A stretch of DNA of 63,795 nucleotides, the filler included, from an uncultured Acidimicrobiia bacterium (GTDB lineage: Bacteria; Actinomycetota; Acidimicrobiia; Spongiisociales; JAOTWH01), in assembly GCA_964347285.1 (NCBI GenBank). It is 6 parts of 6 records of this genome, joined end to end, with 100 filler letters (N's around TTAATTAATTAA, not from the genome) between each part and the next. Parts side by side here need not be neighbours in the genome. Positions count along the whole stretch, not along the records: positions 34,572 to 45,775 come from CAYFYE010000085.1; positions 45,876 to 56,821 come from CAYFYE010000086.1; 4 more parts are not named here. One strand, 5' to 3'. The translations under genes and the position numbers were made by a program. The notes beneath the pieces are model-generated. The model was given only the letters and a program-made list of their open reading frames with translations. It was not told the origin of the DNA and ran no database searches. Of this stretch, positions 37,576-48,263 are shown piece by piece (within the stretch, counting starts at the first letter, position 1; every line of letters starts with the position of its first letter).

Positions 37576-38559
37576 GTGGTCCAGACCAAGGAGTCGCCCA
37601 GCTTCCGTTCGCTGCTCGATCGCTTCGCCGACCTCGACCAGATCTGGCCGGCGCCCGAGCAGGCAGCCTCTCCCCGCCGGCGCACTGCCGTCGAGGAAGT
37701 CGACCACGGCCCGACCGACTGGAGTCGCCCCGACCGCCTGGGCCGTTTCGCCCTTCGACATCGCTGGGGCCTCATCGCCCTCGCCGTCATAGCGGCCCTG
37801 GCCGCCTGGCTGCTCCTCGTTGCGGCACCCGGCTACGGGCACCGCCTCGCCCAGTCAGTCGGTGGTGGCTACCACACCGCCCTCGACGACCTCGACCACG
37901 CCATACCGGAAGCCCGCTCGGCCCTCCAGACCCTGACCGACCCGGCGGCCGACGGCCAGAGACTGTCGGCCTCGATCGAGTCCCTGGCCGGCTTCGCCGC
38001 CGCCGCCGAGGGGTTGGCGGCCGTCGCCCACGAACCGCTGCCGGCCACACCACCGCTCGTCCCACGCAACGACCTCGACGCGCTCGAGCCCATGCGCACC
38101 GAGATGGACCTCGTCGCCGCCCAGGCCGGTGAGCTGGTGGCCCGACTCAACGGGTTGCTCGGCTATCGCCTACTGTTCGAGGGCGCCTTTGCACTTCCAA
38201 CCTTGCCGACCGCGGCCGACGCCGACGCTGTCGACGGGCTCAGCGCCCAGCTGGCCGCCGCCTTGGCCGCCTCCGTGGAATCGGTGGTGTCGCTCCCAAA
38301 CGATCCGCTCCTCGACGCCCATAGGAACCAGGCCGGCGCCCTGCTCGAGACCCTCGAGGCATGGCGTACCGATTACCTATCGGCGCTCCGCAATGGGGAC
38401 CCCGGCGAAGCCAAACGACTCGCCGAACTTGCCGAATCTTCCATCGCAGAGGTGAGGGCCGCCCTCGATCCGACCCTGGCCGACATCGAGGCGTGGGGGG
38501 CGGGCCGCCTCGACGAGCTGCGCATCGGCATCATCGAAACGGAGACGTCGCCCAGGTAA
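37576..38559 (+). CDS. membrane-anchored helical hypothetical protein
   Basis: one TM segment then Ala/Leu-rich helices. Confidence 0.7.
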   Translation: MVQTKESPSFRSLLDRFADLDQIWPAPEQAASPRRRTAVEEVDHGPTDWSRPDRLGRFALRHRWGLIALAVIAALAAWLLLVAAPGYGHRLAQSVGGGYHTALDDLDHAIPEARSALQTLTDPAADGQRLSASIESLAGFAAAAEGLAAVAHEPLPATPPLVPRNDLDALEPMRTEMDLVAAQAGELVARLNGLLGYRLLFEGAFALPTLPTAADADAVDGLSAQLAAALAASVESVVSLPNDPLLDAHRNQAGALLETLEAWRTDYLSALRNGDPGEAKRLAELAESSIAEVRAALDPTLADIEAWGAGRLDELRIGIIETETSPR

Positions 38560-38994
38560 TCAGTCCTCCAGGGCGGCCATTTCGGCCCGAAAGTCGCCCG
38601 CTTCCTGAAACTCCTTGTACACCGAGGCAAAGCGCAGGTAAGCAACCTCGTCCAGCTCCCGCAGACCCTCGAGAACCACATGCCCGATCGTCTCCGAGGT
38701 CACTCGGCCGCTTTCGGTCAGGCTCTGGACCCTGGCCAGGATGTCCTCCAACGACCTGGGCGGCACCGGTCGATCGGTCAGCGCCCGTTCCAGGCTGGCC
38801 CGCACCTTCTCAACGTCGAAGGTTTCGACTCGCCCGTCGCGCTTGGCGACCACCACACTCTCGATGCGCTCGTACGTAGTGAAGCGGTGGCCGCAGCCGC
38901 CGCACTGGCGGCGACGGCGGATGGTCGATCCGGCGTCGATTGGGCGGCTGTCCTTGACGCGGGTGCGTCCGAAGCCACACATGGGGCACTGCAC
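38560..38994 (-). CDS. nrdR: transcriptional repressor NrdR
   Basis: CPMC...DSR...IRRRRQC..C..RFTTYE, ATP cone, VAYLRFASVY. Confidence 0.96.
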   Translation of the reverse strand: MQCPMCGFGRTRVKDSRPIDAGSTIRRRRQCGGCGHRFTTYERIESVVVAKRDGRVETFDVEKVRASLERALTDRPVPPRSLEDILARVQSLTESGRVTSETIGHVVLEGLRELDEVAYLRFASVYKEFQEAGDFRAEMAALED

Positions 38995-39005
38995 GGCCGG
39001 TGAGG

Positions 39006-39021
39006 CTACTAGATGTTGTGG
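39006..39021 (-). promoter_or_regulatory. NrdR box
   Basis: CCACAACATCTAGTAG, 11 bp upstream of the nrdR start. Confidence 0.75.
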
Positions 39022-39037
39022 GGCGACCGGGCCCTGT

Positions 39038-39319
39038 TCATTCGCCGGGAAGGAGGAGCACCTGTCCGGTGAGAATGGTGACGCCGTCGAGTCCGTTGAT
39101 GCGCTTGATGTCGTGGACGGCGGCCCGGATGTCTCCCTCCGGGCCTCGAGTCGCGGCGGCGATCGACCACAGGGAGTCGCCGCTCTGCACACGGTACTCC
39201 CGGAGCGTCGGCGCGCCCGATCCGGCGTGCACCGCAGTGGCGAGCAGGAGGATCAGGCCCATGGCCACCGTCGCGAGGAGGACCATTGCCCTGGACGGGG
39301 CATTGGACGATTTCACCAC
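39038..39319 (-). CDS. TM-LysM protein, probable SOS division inhibitor (YneA/ChiZ/DivS-like)
   Basis: YRVQSGDSLWSIA...IKRINGL...GQVL; divergent from lexA. Confidence 0.82.
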   Translation of the reverse strand: MVKSSNAPSRAMVLLATVAMGLILLLATAVHAGSGAPTLREYRVQSGDSLWSIAAATRGPEGDIRAAVHDIKRINGLDGVTILTGQVLLLPGE

Positions 39320-39398
39320 TGGCCTCGCCTCCTGCTCGTTCCCTACGCCCGGGGCCTCTGGGCCCCGTTACCCGCAACGGTATCGGGCGGGTGTGACA

Positions 39399-39469
39399 CG
39401 AACACATGTTCGTAGCACCTCCACACCATATCGAACGGATGTTCGCTCGTCAAGTCGAACATATGTTTG
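39399..39469. promoter_or_regulatory. three LexA (SOS) boxes
   Basis: CGAACACATGTTCG (39399), CGAACGGATGTTCG (39432), CGAACATATGTTTG (39456). Confidence 0.92.
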
Positions 39470-39520
39470 CTTTTTCGGTCCGGGCCGCTACCGTCGCCCC
39501 GAGCAACGGAAGGGTCGACG

Positions 39521-40153
39521 ATGGCCGACGGCGAGATCACCTCCAGACAGCGAGAGATCCTCGACTACATCCGCCAGACCGTTGCCGACCGGGGCTATCC
39601 CCCGTCGGTGCGGGAGATCGGGGAGGCGGTGGGGCTCAGCTCACCGTCCACCGTCCACAGCCACCTGTCCTCATTGGTCAAATCGGGCTATCTCCGGCGC
39701 GACCCCACCAAGCCGCGCGCCATCGAGGTGGTGGCACCCGAAGCCGAGCCGGGCCCATCGCTGCACCGCGCCCCTTTGCGAGACGTCCCCCTCGTCGGCC
39801 GGATCGCCGCCGGCTCCCCGGTGCTGGCTGAAGAGGACATCGAGGAGATCTACCCCCTGCCCACCGAACTGGTCGGTCACGATCCGGTCTTCATGCTGCG
39901 CGTCAAAGGGGACTCGATGGTGGACGACGGCATCCTCGACGGCGACTACGTGGTGGTCCGTCGCCAGCCCGATGCCGCCAGCGGCGAGGTGGTGGCCGCT
40001 CTCATCGAAGGCGAGGAGGCCACCGTGAAACGGCTCCGCAAAGACGACGGTCGGGTGACGCTGTTGTCGGCCAACGCCGACTACGCCCCGATGGTGTTCA
40101 CCGAAGGCGTCGACATCCTTGGGCGAGTGATCGCCGTGCTGCGCAGCCTCTAA
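39521..40153 (+). CDS. lexA: SOS repressor LexA
   Basis: GYPPSVREIG, IAAG cleavage site, GDSM, EATVKR. Confidence 0.97.
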   Translation: MADGEITSRQREILDYIRQTVADRGYPPSVREIGEAVGLSSPSTVHSHLSSLVKSGYLRRDPTKPRAIEVVAPEAEPGPSLHRAPLRDVPLVGRIAAGSPVLAEEDIEEIYPLPTELVGHDPVFMLRVKGDSMVDDGILDGDYVVVRRQPDAASGEVVAALIEGEEATVKRLRKDDGRVTLLSANADYAPMVFTEGVDILGRVIAVLRSL

Positions 40154-40905
40154 TCGATCTCGCCCCGGTAGACGTAGTTGGCCGGGCCCTCGATCCATAC
40201 TCCGTCCTCGGAGATGGCGACCTCGAGCGCTCCCCCGGGAAGCTGGACGGTCACCCGGTCGTCCACCAATCCCTTGCGGTGCGCCACCACTACGGCGGCG
40301 GCGGCGCCGGTCCCGCAGGCCAGGGTCTCCCCCACCCCTCGCTCCCAGACCCGCAGGGCGGCCCGGCTTCGACCCGCCACGGTCAGGAATTCGACGTTGG
40401 TCCGTTCCGGGAAGGCCGGGTCCCCTTCCACCACCGGTCCGATCGCTTCGACGGGGGTGGCGTAGCAGTCGTCCACCACGATGACCGCGTGCGGGTTGCC
40501 CATCTTCAAAGGAGTGATGTCGAATCCGGCGATCTCGACTTCGTCGCCCGGGGAACCGGCCGAAGGAGCCAGGCGAACCCGCACCGTGCCGTCGGGCTGC
40601 ACCTCGGCCGGACTGGGACCGGCCGCCGTCTCGACGACGAAGCCGGGGCCGGACGTCCAGCCCTGGTCGAACGCGAAGCGGGCCACGCACCGCAGGCCGT
40701 TGCCGCACGTCTCCGCCACCGACCCGTCCGCGTTCCGGTAGTCCATGCGCACCGAGGAGTCCGTCCGCACCGCCACCAGGACGCCGTCGGCACCGATCCC
40801 CCGGCGCCGATCGCACCAGCGCCGTGCTTCCTCGGCCGAGACCGGGCGCGGCCCGACCAGCAGCACGAAGTCGTTGCCCAGCCCTTCCATCTTCACGAAC
40901 TCCAT
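40150..40905 (-). CDS. dapF: diaminopimelate epimerase
   Basis: GLGNDF, CGNG, MGNPH, ERGVGETLACGTG. Confidence 0.96.
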   Translation of the reverse strand: MEFVKMEGLGNDFVLLVGPRPVSAEEARRWCDRRRGIGADGVLVAVRTDSSVRMDYRNADGSVAETCGNGLRCVARFAFDQGWTSGPGFVVETAAGPSPAEVQPDGTVRVRLAPSAGSPGDEVEIAGFDITPLKMGNPHAVIVVDDCYATPVEAIGPVVEGDPAFPERTNVEFLTVAGRSRAALRVWERGVGETLACGTGAAAAVVVAHRKGLVDDRVTVQLPGGALEVAISEDGVWIEGPANYVYRGEID

Positions 40906-41804
40906 GCCGGCTCCTCCAGGGCCTCCACAACGGCGGCCAACCGTTCGTCCGGATCCTCGCGCCACGGTAGCCAGCGGATGCGAGGGTCCCTTCGAAAGAA
41001 GGTGCGTTGCCTTCTCCCCAGCGCCACGGTGGCCCGGATCACTTCGGCGCGGCCCTCCTCCAGTGTCGCCTCCCCGCTCACCACCGGCAGCAGCTCCTTG
41101 TAGCCCACCGCCTGTCCAGCCGTGGGACCCAGCCGTGTCGCCAGCGCGGCCACCTCCTCCAGGAGACCCAGCTCCAGCATCCGATCGCAGCGTGCTTCCA
41201 CCCGCTCCGCCAGGGCCCCTCCCGGGTCCAACCCAATCGCCTCGAACGCCACGACCGACTCGTAGCGGGCCAGGGCCTCGGCCTCGGGGCGAGTGGCCCG
41301 GCCCGAGGGGGTGAGACCGGTCAGCTCGTAGATCTCGAGGGCCCGAACCACCCGACGAGGGTTGTCGAGGTCGACCGAGTCCCCGGCTCGGGGGTCGGCG
41401 GCCAGGAGGGCAGCCTGGGCCTCGTCGGAAGGCAGGTCCTCGAGGCGGCGCCGCACCTCTGCCTCGGTGGGAGGGAACTCCATCGGGTCGACCAGCGCCC
41501 GGAAATGGAGCCCGGAGCCACCCACGATGAGCGCCGGCGTCCCCCGCTCCTCCAGTCGGGCCAGCACCCGGCGTCCCTCTTGTTGGAACTGCGAGACCGA
41601 GTAGTGCTCCTCCGGGTCGGCCACATCGATGAGATGATGGGGAACCCGGCGCCGCTCCTCCGCATCGGGCTTGGCGGTGCCGATATCCATCCCCCGATAC
41701 ACCTGCATCGAGTCCACCGACAGGATTTCGCCCCCAACCGCCTCCGCCAGGACCAGCGCCGCTTCGCTCTTACCGGCGCCAGTGGGCCCCACTAGGGCCG
41801 CCAC
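40893..41804 (-). CDS. miaA: tRNA dimethylallyltransferase
   Basis: GPTGAGKS, DSMQVYRGMDIGTAKP, VGGSGL, RRQRTFF. Confidence 0.96.
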   Translation of the reverse strand: MAALVGPTGAGKSEAALVLAEAVGGEILSVDSMQVYRGMDIGTAKPDAEERRRVPHHLIDVADPEEHYSVSQFQQEGRRVLARLEERGTPALIVGGSGLHFRALVDPMEFPPTEAEVRRRLEDLPSDEAQAALLAADPRAGDSVDLDNPRRVVRALEIYELTGLTPSGRATRPEAEALARYESVVAFEAIGLDPGGALAERVEARCDRMLELGLLEEVAALATRLGPTAGQAVGYKELLPVVSGEATLEEGRAEVIRATVALGRRQRTFFRRDPRIRWLPWREDPDERLAAVVEALEEPAWSS

Positions 41805-41809
41805 CGGGG

Positions 41810-43195
41810 TCAGCCGGTTCTCCCCACCAGGTGGTGCGGGGCGGCGGCGATGATCTCGGCCTCGAGAAACTGTCCCGATGGGTACTCCCCGGGCAGGTGG
41901 ACGATCTTGTTGGTCCGGCTACGGGCCGTGGCCATCGAGGGATCCTTGCGGGAGGGCCCTTCGGTGAGCACCTCGACCCGCTCCCCCACCAGTCCCTCGT
42001 TCAGTTCCAGGGTGATCGCAGCCTGGAGCTCGATGAGCCGGTCGAAGCGCTCGCCGGCCACGTCGGGCGGCACCTGATCCGGCAGGTCGGCGGCCGGGGT
42101 GCCCGGGCGGGCCGAGTACATGAACGTGTAGGCACTATCGAAACGGGCTTGGGCCACCACCTCCAGCGTGTCCTGGAAGTCCTGCTCGGTCTCGCCGGGA
42201 AACCCGACGATGATGTCCGTCGACACCGCCAGTCCCGGGATGGCGGCGCGGGCCGCGTCGAGCTTGTCGAGGAACCGGGCTGCGTTGTAGCCCCGATGCA
42301 TGGCGGCCAGGATCCGGTCGCTGCCCGACTGGAGCGGCAGGTGTAGCTGCTCGCACACTGCGTCGGTCTCGGCCATGGCCTCGGCCACCTCGGCCCCGAA
42401 GTCCTTGGGGTGGGGACTCGTGAAGCGGATGCGCTCGATGCCGTCTACCGCCCCGACCCGCCGCAACAGCTCGGCGAACAGGGGCCGGCGCCCGTTCATG
42501 TCGAGATCACGCCCGTACGAGTTGACGTTCTGGCCCAGCAGGGTCACCTCGATGACGCCCTCGGCCACCAGGCCCTGGACCTCTCGCACGATGTCGCCGG
42601 GACGGCGGCTGATCTCCCGGCCCCGCACGATGGGGACGATGCAGAAGGTGCAGGAGTTGTTGCAGCCGATCGTGATGGTCACCCAGGCGGAGTGAGGAAC
42701 CTCACGGTGCACCGGGAGAGCCGAAGGGATGTCCTCGACCGACGACGTCTCCTCCCAGATCTCGGTCACCGGGCCCCACTCCTCAGCATGGTCGAGCAGC
42801 GTCAGCACGCGGTGCAGGTTGTGGGTGCCCAGGACCACGTCCACCCACGGCGCCTTCTGACGGATCAGCTCCCGGTCCTTTTGGGCCAAACATCCCCCGA
42901 CGACGATGCGCATCCCGGGGTTGGCGGCCCGCAGCGGCTTGAGGTGTCCCAGATTGCCGTAGAGCCTGTTGTCGGCGTTCTCCCTGATGCAGCAGGTGTT
43001 GAGCACGACGACGTCGGCTTCGGGAAGGCTGGGGGCGGGCACCATACCGTCCGACTCGAGCAGTCCGGCGATCCGCTCCGAGTCGTGCTCGTTCATCTGG
43101 CAGCCGAAGGTTCGGACGAAGTACCGACGCCCCGGCCTCGTTGCCGGCCGCAGTTCCTGCGGCTTGGGCATACCCAGGAAGACTGGACTCGTCAT
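41810..43195 (-). CDS. miaB: tRNA methylthiotransferase MiaB
   Basis: [22 protein letters not shown] radical-SAM motif, TRAM domain. Confidence 0.96.
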   Translation of the reverse strand: MTSPVFLGMPKPQELRPATRPGRRYFVRTFGCQMNEHDSERIAGLLESDGMVPAPSLPEADVVVLNTCCIRENADNRLYGNLGHLKPLRAANPGMRIVVGGCLAQKDRELIRQKAPWVDVVLGTHNLHRVLTLLDHAEEWGPVTEIWEETSSVEDIPSALPVHREVPHSAWVTITIGCNNSCTFCIVPIVRGREISRRPGDIVREVQGLVAEGVIEVTLLGQNVNSYGRDLDMNGRRPLFAELLRRVGAVDGIERIRFTSPHPKDFGAEVAEAMAETDAVCEQLHLPLQSGSDRILAAMHRGYNAARFLDKLDAARAAIPGLAVSTDIIVGFPGETEQDFQDTLEVVAQARFDSAYTFMYSARPGTPAADLPDQVPPDVAGERFDRLIELQAAITLELNEGLVGERVEVLTEGPSRKDPSMATARSRTNKIVHLPGEYPSGQFLEAEIIAAAPHHLVGRTG

Positions 43196-44721
43196 CGGGC
43201 GTAGTCGGTCGTCCTCAGCTCGCGGATCACGGTCACCTCGATCTGGCCGGGATACTGCAAATCCTGCTCTATTTGGCGGGCGATGCGCCGGGACAAGTCG
43301 GCCGACTCCAGGTCGTTCAGTCGGCCCGGATCTACCACGACCCGGATCTCCCGCCCGGCCTGCATGGCGAACACCCGCTCCACTCCGTCGAAGGAACCGG
43401 CCAGCTCCTCGAGCCGTTCCAGTCGCCGCACGTAGGCTTCGAGGGCTTCGCGTCGAGCACCGGGCCGGGCCGCCGAGACGGCGTCCGCCGCCTGGACCAG
43501 GATGGCGGTCAGCGTCTGCGGTTCCACCTCTCCGTGGTGAGCCTCGATGCCGTGAACGATCGCCGGGTCCTCGCCGAAGCGCCTGGCGATCTCGGCTCCG
43601 GCCAGGGCGTGCGAGCTGCTGACTTCATGACTCACCGCCTTGCCGATGTCGTGGAGAAATGCCGCCCGCTTCGGCTCACTCGTATCGACCCCCAACTCGG
43701 CCGCCAGCATCTCGGCGATGTGGGCCGATTCGACGAGGTGATCGAGCACATTCTGTCCATACGAGGTCCGGTACTTGAGCCGGCCGAGCAACGTGATCAA
43801 TTCCGGGGCCATGCGGCTCACCCCGACTTCGAGGATCGACCATTCGCCGGCGTCCCGGATGCTTTGTTCAACCTGGGCTTCCGCCTTCTGGTGCGCCTCC
43901 TCGATCGAGGCCGGATGGATGCGCCCATCGTTGATGAGCGTGGTCAAGGCAATGCGGGCTACCTCTCGCCGCACCGGGTCGAATGAGGAAACGGCCACCG
44001 CCTCTGGCGTGTCGTCGACCACGATGTTGACACCAGTGATCGCCTCGAAGGCACGAATGTTGCGGCCGTCTCGGCCGATGATCCGGCCCTTCATCTCGTC
44101 CGACGGCAGGGGAACCACTGAGACGGTGGTATCGGCCACGACCTCGGAGGCCAGGCGCTGTATGGCGGATGTGAGAATGCGCCGGGCTCGACGATCGGCC
44201 TCTTCCCGAGCTTTCGCCTCGAGATCTCGCACCAGCAGCATGGCATCGCGGCGAGCCTCGTCCTCCACTTTGCCCAACAGCTCCTCTTTGGCGGCCTTGG
44301 CGTCGAACCCGGCTATGCGCTCCAGCGAGTTCCGGGCCTCTTCCCTGGCCGCATCCACGTCGGCCCTCGCCTCGCTGAGGTCACGCTCCCGGTCGATGAG
44401 CAGCTGTTCCCGATCGGCCAGATTGGCCGCCCGCTGCTCCAGGGTGGCTTCCCGCTGCGCCAAGCGTTCCTCCGACGACTGCAGCTCGAGGCGACGGTGC
44501 TCGAGTGTGGCGTCCTCCCGGTCCCGGTATGCCTCCGCCTTGGCCTGCGCCTCTCGCTCGGCGCGGCTCAACATCTCACGTGCCTCGACTCTCGCCGAGG
44601 CGACAGGATCGCCGGCCGTCTCGCCGGCCGGGCCCTTCGAGCGTTTCTTGGCGGCGCGGGCACCCAGGAAACCCCCCACCGCTCCCACCGCCAGGGCCGC
44701 TGCTCCGATCACGACCTCCAT
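43192..44721 (-). CDS. rny: ribonuclease Y
   Basis: TM, coiled coil, KH ([11 protein letters not shown]), HD (LHDIGK), AMQAGRE. Confidence 0.96.
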   Translation of the reverse strand: MEVVIGAAALAVGAVGGFLGARAAKKRSKGPAGETAGDPVASARVEAREMLSRAEREAQAKAEAYRDREDATLEHRRLELQSSEERLAQREATLEQRAANLADREQLLIDRERDLSEARADVDAAREEARNSLERIAGFDAKAAKEELLGKVEDEARRDAMLLVRDLEAKAREEADRRARRILTSAIQRLASEVVADTTVSVVPLPSDEMKGRIIGRDGRNIRAFEAITGVNIVVDDTPEAVAVSSFDPVRREVARIALTTLINDGRIHPASIEEAHQKAEAQVEQSIRDAGEWSILEVGVSRMAPELITLLGRLKYRTSYGQNVLDHLVESAHIAEMLAAELGVDTSEPKRAAFLHDIGKAVSHEVSSSHALAGAEIARRFGEDPAIVHGIEAHHGEVEPQTLTAILVQAADAVSAARPGARREALEAYVRRLERLEELAGSFDGVERVFAMQAGREIRVVVDPGRLNDLESADLSRRIARQIEQDLQYPGQIEVTVIRELRTTDYAR

Positions 44722-44724
44722 GTC

Positions 44725-44890
44725 AATCCCCTATCCCGGACCGGGACGCAAACGTGCCGAGCCCACGGCTCGGCACACACACGCGAGGAGCAGCCCTTCC
44801 GTTTATCTAGCGGTAGGCCTGCTCCTTGCTTCCATCGGGTCCGTCTTTGCGTTCAGGGTTTCAGTTTTAGTACGTGTGTGTGTACTCACG
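44725..44890 (-). ncRNA. structured intergenic RNA / rny leader (candidate)
   Basis: nested stems CACACACACGT/GCGTGTGTGTG and AGGAGCAG/CTGCTCCT, plus overlapping hairpin GTGCCGAGCC/GGCTCGGCAC. Confidence 0.5.
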
Positions 44891-44934
44891 ATGGTACACG
44901 AACGGGCCCCCTCTGAAAGACGCCAATTTCCTGT

Positions 44935-45775
44935 CTAAACGTCCTCCACGTTCTCGGGTGCTGCTTCCTCGGCTTCGGCGTCCTCGTCGTCTCCATCGAT
45001 GAGCCCCACCGCCTCGAGCACCCGAGCCTGGAGCTGGACCGCCAGCTCGGGGTTCTCCCGCAGAAAGCGCTTGGAGTTCTCCCGACCCTGGCCGAGCTGG
45101 TCGCCGTCGAAGGTGAACCAGGCGCCTGCCTTGCGGACGATGCCCTGCTCAACCGCCACGTCGATGAGGCTTCCCTCCCGAGAGATGCCCTCGCCGAACA
45201 TGATGTCGAACTCGGCCAGGCGAAACGGGGGTGCCACCTTGTTCTTGACGATCTTGGCCTTGACCCGGTTGCCGATGGTCTCCGAGCCGTCCTTGATCGA
45301 CTCGATGCGGCGGATGTCGATGCGAGTGCTGGCGTAGAACTTCAACGCCCGGCCGCCGGGGGTGGTCTCCGGTGAACCGAACATCACCCCGATCTTCTCC
45401 CGAAGCTGGTTGATGAAGACGGCGGTGGTGTCGGAGCGGTTGATCGTGCCGGCCAGCTTGCGCAGGGCCTGGGACATGAGCCGGGCCTGGAGGCCCACAT
45501 GGCTGTCCCCCATCTCTCCCTCGATCTCGGCGCGAGGTACCAGGGCCGCCACCGAGTCGATGACGATGACGTCGAGGGCCCCGGACCGGATCAGCATGTC
45601 GGTGATCTCGAGAGCCTGTTCGCCGGTGTCGGGCTGGGAAATCAGCAACTCGTCGACGTCGACACCGAGCGCCTTGGCGTAGACCGGGTCGAGGGCGTGC
45701 TCGGCGTCGATGAAGGCCGCCACCCCGCCGTTGCGTTGCGCCTCGGCCACGACGTGGAGCGCGAGGGTGGTCTTT
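44935..45775 (-). CDS. recA: recombinase RecA (5'-partial)
   Basis: [43 protein letters not shown]. Confidence 0.98.
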
Positions 45776-45875
45776 NNNNNNNNNNNNNNNNNNNNNNNNN
45801 NNNNNNNNNNNNNNNNNNNTTAATTAATTAANNNNNNNNNNNNNNNNNNNNNNNNNNNNNNNNNNNNNNNNNNNN
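45776..45875. other. artificial contig linker
   Basis: N-run + TTAATTAATTAA + N-run. Confidence 0.98.
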
Positions 45876-46447
45876 GTGACGTAAAGGGTCGTGGCTTCGA
45901 GGCTGTTCAGGAGGCTCTTGAGCTCGGCTCGCATCTCCAGCCGCAACAAGGCGTCGAGATTGCTCAGCGGCTCATCCATCAGCAGCAGCTTGGACTCGGT
46001 GGCCAGAGCGCGGGCCACAGCCACCCGCTGCCGCTGGCCCCCGCTGAGGCTGGCAGGGTGGCGGTCCAACAGATCCTCGATGTGCAGCAAGGCAGCGGAG
46101 TCCCGAACTCGGCGGTTGATCTCATCCTTGGGCCTCTTCTGGCGGCGCAGGCCGAAGGCGATGTTCTCGAACACCGTGAGATGCGGGAAGACCGCGTAGC
46201 TTTGAAAGACCATCGAGATGCCGCGATGCCGGGGCTGGGTATCGGTGACGTCTTCTCCGTCGATCAGAACGTGTCCCTCGTCGACGCTCTCCAGCCCGGC
46301 GATGCAGCGCAGCAGCGTCGACTTGCCGCATCCGCTCGGGCCCAAGAGAACGACGAACTCCCGGTCGGCGATGGTCGCTTCGAAGTCCTTCACCGCCTCG
46401 AAGTCGCCGAAGCGCTTGGTCACGCCGGCGATGTGCAGCTCAGCCAT
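45876..46447 (-). CDS. sugar ABC transporter ATP-binding protein (3'-truncated)
   Basis: GPSGCGKST, LSGGQRQR, LMDEPLSNLD. Confidence 0.95.
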
Positions 46448-46456
46448 GTGATCGCC

Positions 46457-47287
46457 TCATTTGAGTTTCACGCCCCACAGATTGAAGAGGTACTTGCGAA
46501 CGAAAGCCATGAAGATCAGGGCCGGCACCAAGATGAAGAAGCCGCCGGCGAAGCGAAAGGGAACCGGAGACTGATTCAACTGCAGCACCAGCTTGGCGGG
46601 CAGGGTCGGATTCTGCAACGTCAAGATGGCGGCTCCGAAGACCTCGTTCCACGACAGCACGAAGGTGAAGATGGCCGACGCGGCCAGACCCGGGAGTGCC
46701 AGCGGCAGCGCCACCCGACGAAAGGCGCCGATCCGGCTGCAGCCGAGCGTCATCGCGGCCGCCTCGAGGTCCTGAGATACCCCCACGAACACGGCGCTCG
46801 TCACCAGGATCGTGGTCGGCAGCGCCATCGCCGTATGCAGCAGCGACACGCCCACCGCCGTGTCGTCCAGTCCCCACCGGATGTAGGTGACGATGAGGGG
46901 AACGGCCAGGATCACGATGGGAAACGCCCGGGTCGCCAGGATCCCGATGCGGTAGGTATCGGCCCCGCGGAACACGAACCGCGCCAGCGCGTAGCCGGCC
47001 GGTGCCCCGAGCGCCAGCGCCAGCACGAGCGTGATCAGGGCGACGACCAGGCTGGTGATGAGCGCGTCGATGATGCCGGTGGTGTCGAGGAAGGTCGACA
47101 TGGTCTCGAAGCTGAACTGCGTGGGAATCAGCGGTTTGGGAAAACCGAACACGACGTCTCGAGGGCTGAAAGCGAGCACCGTGATCACATAGATGGGGGC
47201 CAGGATGAAGACGGCAACGGCGCCGGCGGCCAGGTAGAGGAAGAACCGGGACCAAAGCCCCCGCGAACGGCCCGACCGCTTGCTCAT
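46457..47287 (-). CDS. carbohydrate ABC transporter permease (MalG-like)
   Basis: EAA loop LEAAAMTLGCS, SWNE. Confidence 0.92.
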   Translation of the reverse strand: MSKRSGRSRGLWSRFFLYLAAGAVAVFILAPIYVITVLAFSPRDVVFGFPKPLIPTQFSFETMSTFLDTTGIIDALITSLVVALITLVLALALGAPAGYALARFVFRGADTYRIGILATRAFPIVILAVPLIVTYIRWGLDDTAVGVSLLHTAMALPTTILVTSAVFVGVSQDLEAAAMTLGCSRIGAFRRVALPLALPGLAASAIFTFVLSWNEVFGAAILTLQNPTLPAKLVLQLNQSPVPFRFAGGFFILVPALIFMAFVRKYLFNLWGVKLK

Positions 47288-48195
47288 GTGATCTCCTGCC
47301 TGCGCACCCGCAGCACCCGCAGGTAGATGCCGGTGATGATCATCGACACCAGAAGGATGATCGTGGCGTACACCGCGGCCACGTGCTCGTTGCGGAAGTC
47401 GGCGTACCAATTGAAGGCTTCGAGGGCCAGTACCTTGAGGTTGCCTCCGGTGAGGGCGACCACCACGGCGAAGACCTGGAATGCGAGGATCGTGCGGAGA
47501 ATCAACGCGACCTGAATGCTGGGCCGCAGCATGGGCAGGGTCACTCGCCACAGGCGGGTCCACCAATTGGCTCCGAAGATCTCCGCTGCCTCGTCATACT
47601 CCTTGGGTATCCCTTGCAGGCCGGCGACGAGGATCACGAACACGATCGAGGTCGCCCTCCACACCTCGGCGATCACCACGGTGATCAGTGGCCAGGTGGT
47701 TTGGATGTTCAGGAAGATGAAGGGCTTGTCGAAGAGACCCAGTTCGGTGAAGAGCGTGTTCAGGTATCCGTTCTCGGTGAATATCGAGAACCAGACGATG
47801 CCGGCAGCCAGGTCCGAAACCGCGATCGGAATGGCGTAGACGTAGATCAGCGCTCCCGAGCCGCGCAGGTTGGCCGTCACCAAGAGGGCCATCGCCAGGG
47901 CGAGTACGAACTGAATGGGAATGACGGCGATGACGAGAATCAGCGTGTTCCAGACCGCGTCTTCGAATGCAATGTCGCCGGTCGCCCGGTCGAGGTGCTC
48001 GAGGGTCCAGGCCCCGTCGTCGGTCTGGAAGCCCAGTACGACGGCACTGAACATCGGCCAGGCGAAGAACACCAGCAGGAAGATCGTGGACGGCAGCAGC
48101 AGCACGTAGGGGAGCCAGTTGATGCGTGGCCCCCGGCGCGCTCGTGCCCGAGGCGGGGCCTCGGTGGTCGTGCCGGGAAGGTCGTCGCTAGCCGT
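47284..48195 (-). CDS. carbohydrate ABC transporter permease (MalF-like); start at ACG 48195 or GTG near 48105
   Basis: AGLQGIPKEYDEAAEIFGA; RBS AGGAGG 8 nt before an in-frame ACG. Confidence 0.9.
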   Translation of the reverse strand, partial: TASDDLPGTTTEAPPRARARRGPRINWLPYVLLLPSTIFLLVFFAWPMFSAVVLGFQTDDGAWTLEHLDRATGDIAFEDAVWNTLILVIAVIPIQFVLALAMALLVTANLRGSGALIYVYAIPIAVSDLAAGIVWFSIFTENGYLNTLFTELGLFDKPFIFLNIQTTWPLITVVIAEVWRATSIVFVILVAGLQGIPKEYDEAAEIFGANWWTRLWRVTLPMLRPSIQVALILRTILAFQVFAVVVALTGGNLKVLALEAFNWYADFRNEHVAAVYATIILLVSMIITGIYLRVLRVRRQEIT

Positions 48196-48227
48196 CGAAG
48201 CCGCCTCCTGCTAACGGAAGGGTGGGC

Positions 48228-48256
48228 GAGGTGGGGGAGAAATGCTCCCCCACCTC
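48228..48256 (-). terminator. 12-bp hairpin after the SBP gene (mRNA stabiliser or partial terminator)
   Basis: GAGGTGGGGGAG pairs with CTCCCCCACCTC. Confidence 0.65.
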
Positions 48257-48263
48257 ACTTCAG

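Noticed and set aside
40150..44935. Absence of hflX and recX from the recA-rny-miaB-miaA-dapF-lexA block
   Set aside because: Lineage-level gene-order variation; loss cannot be inferred from one window.
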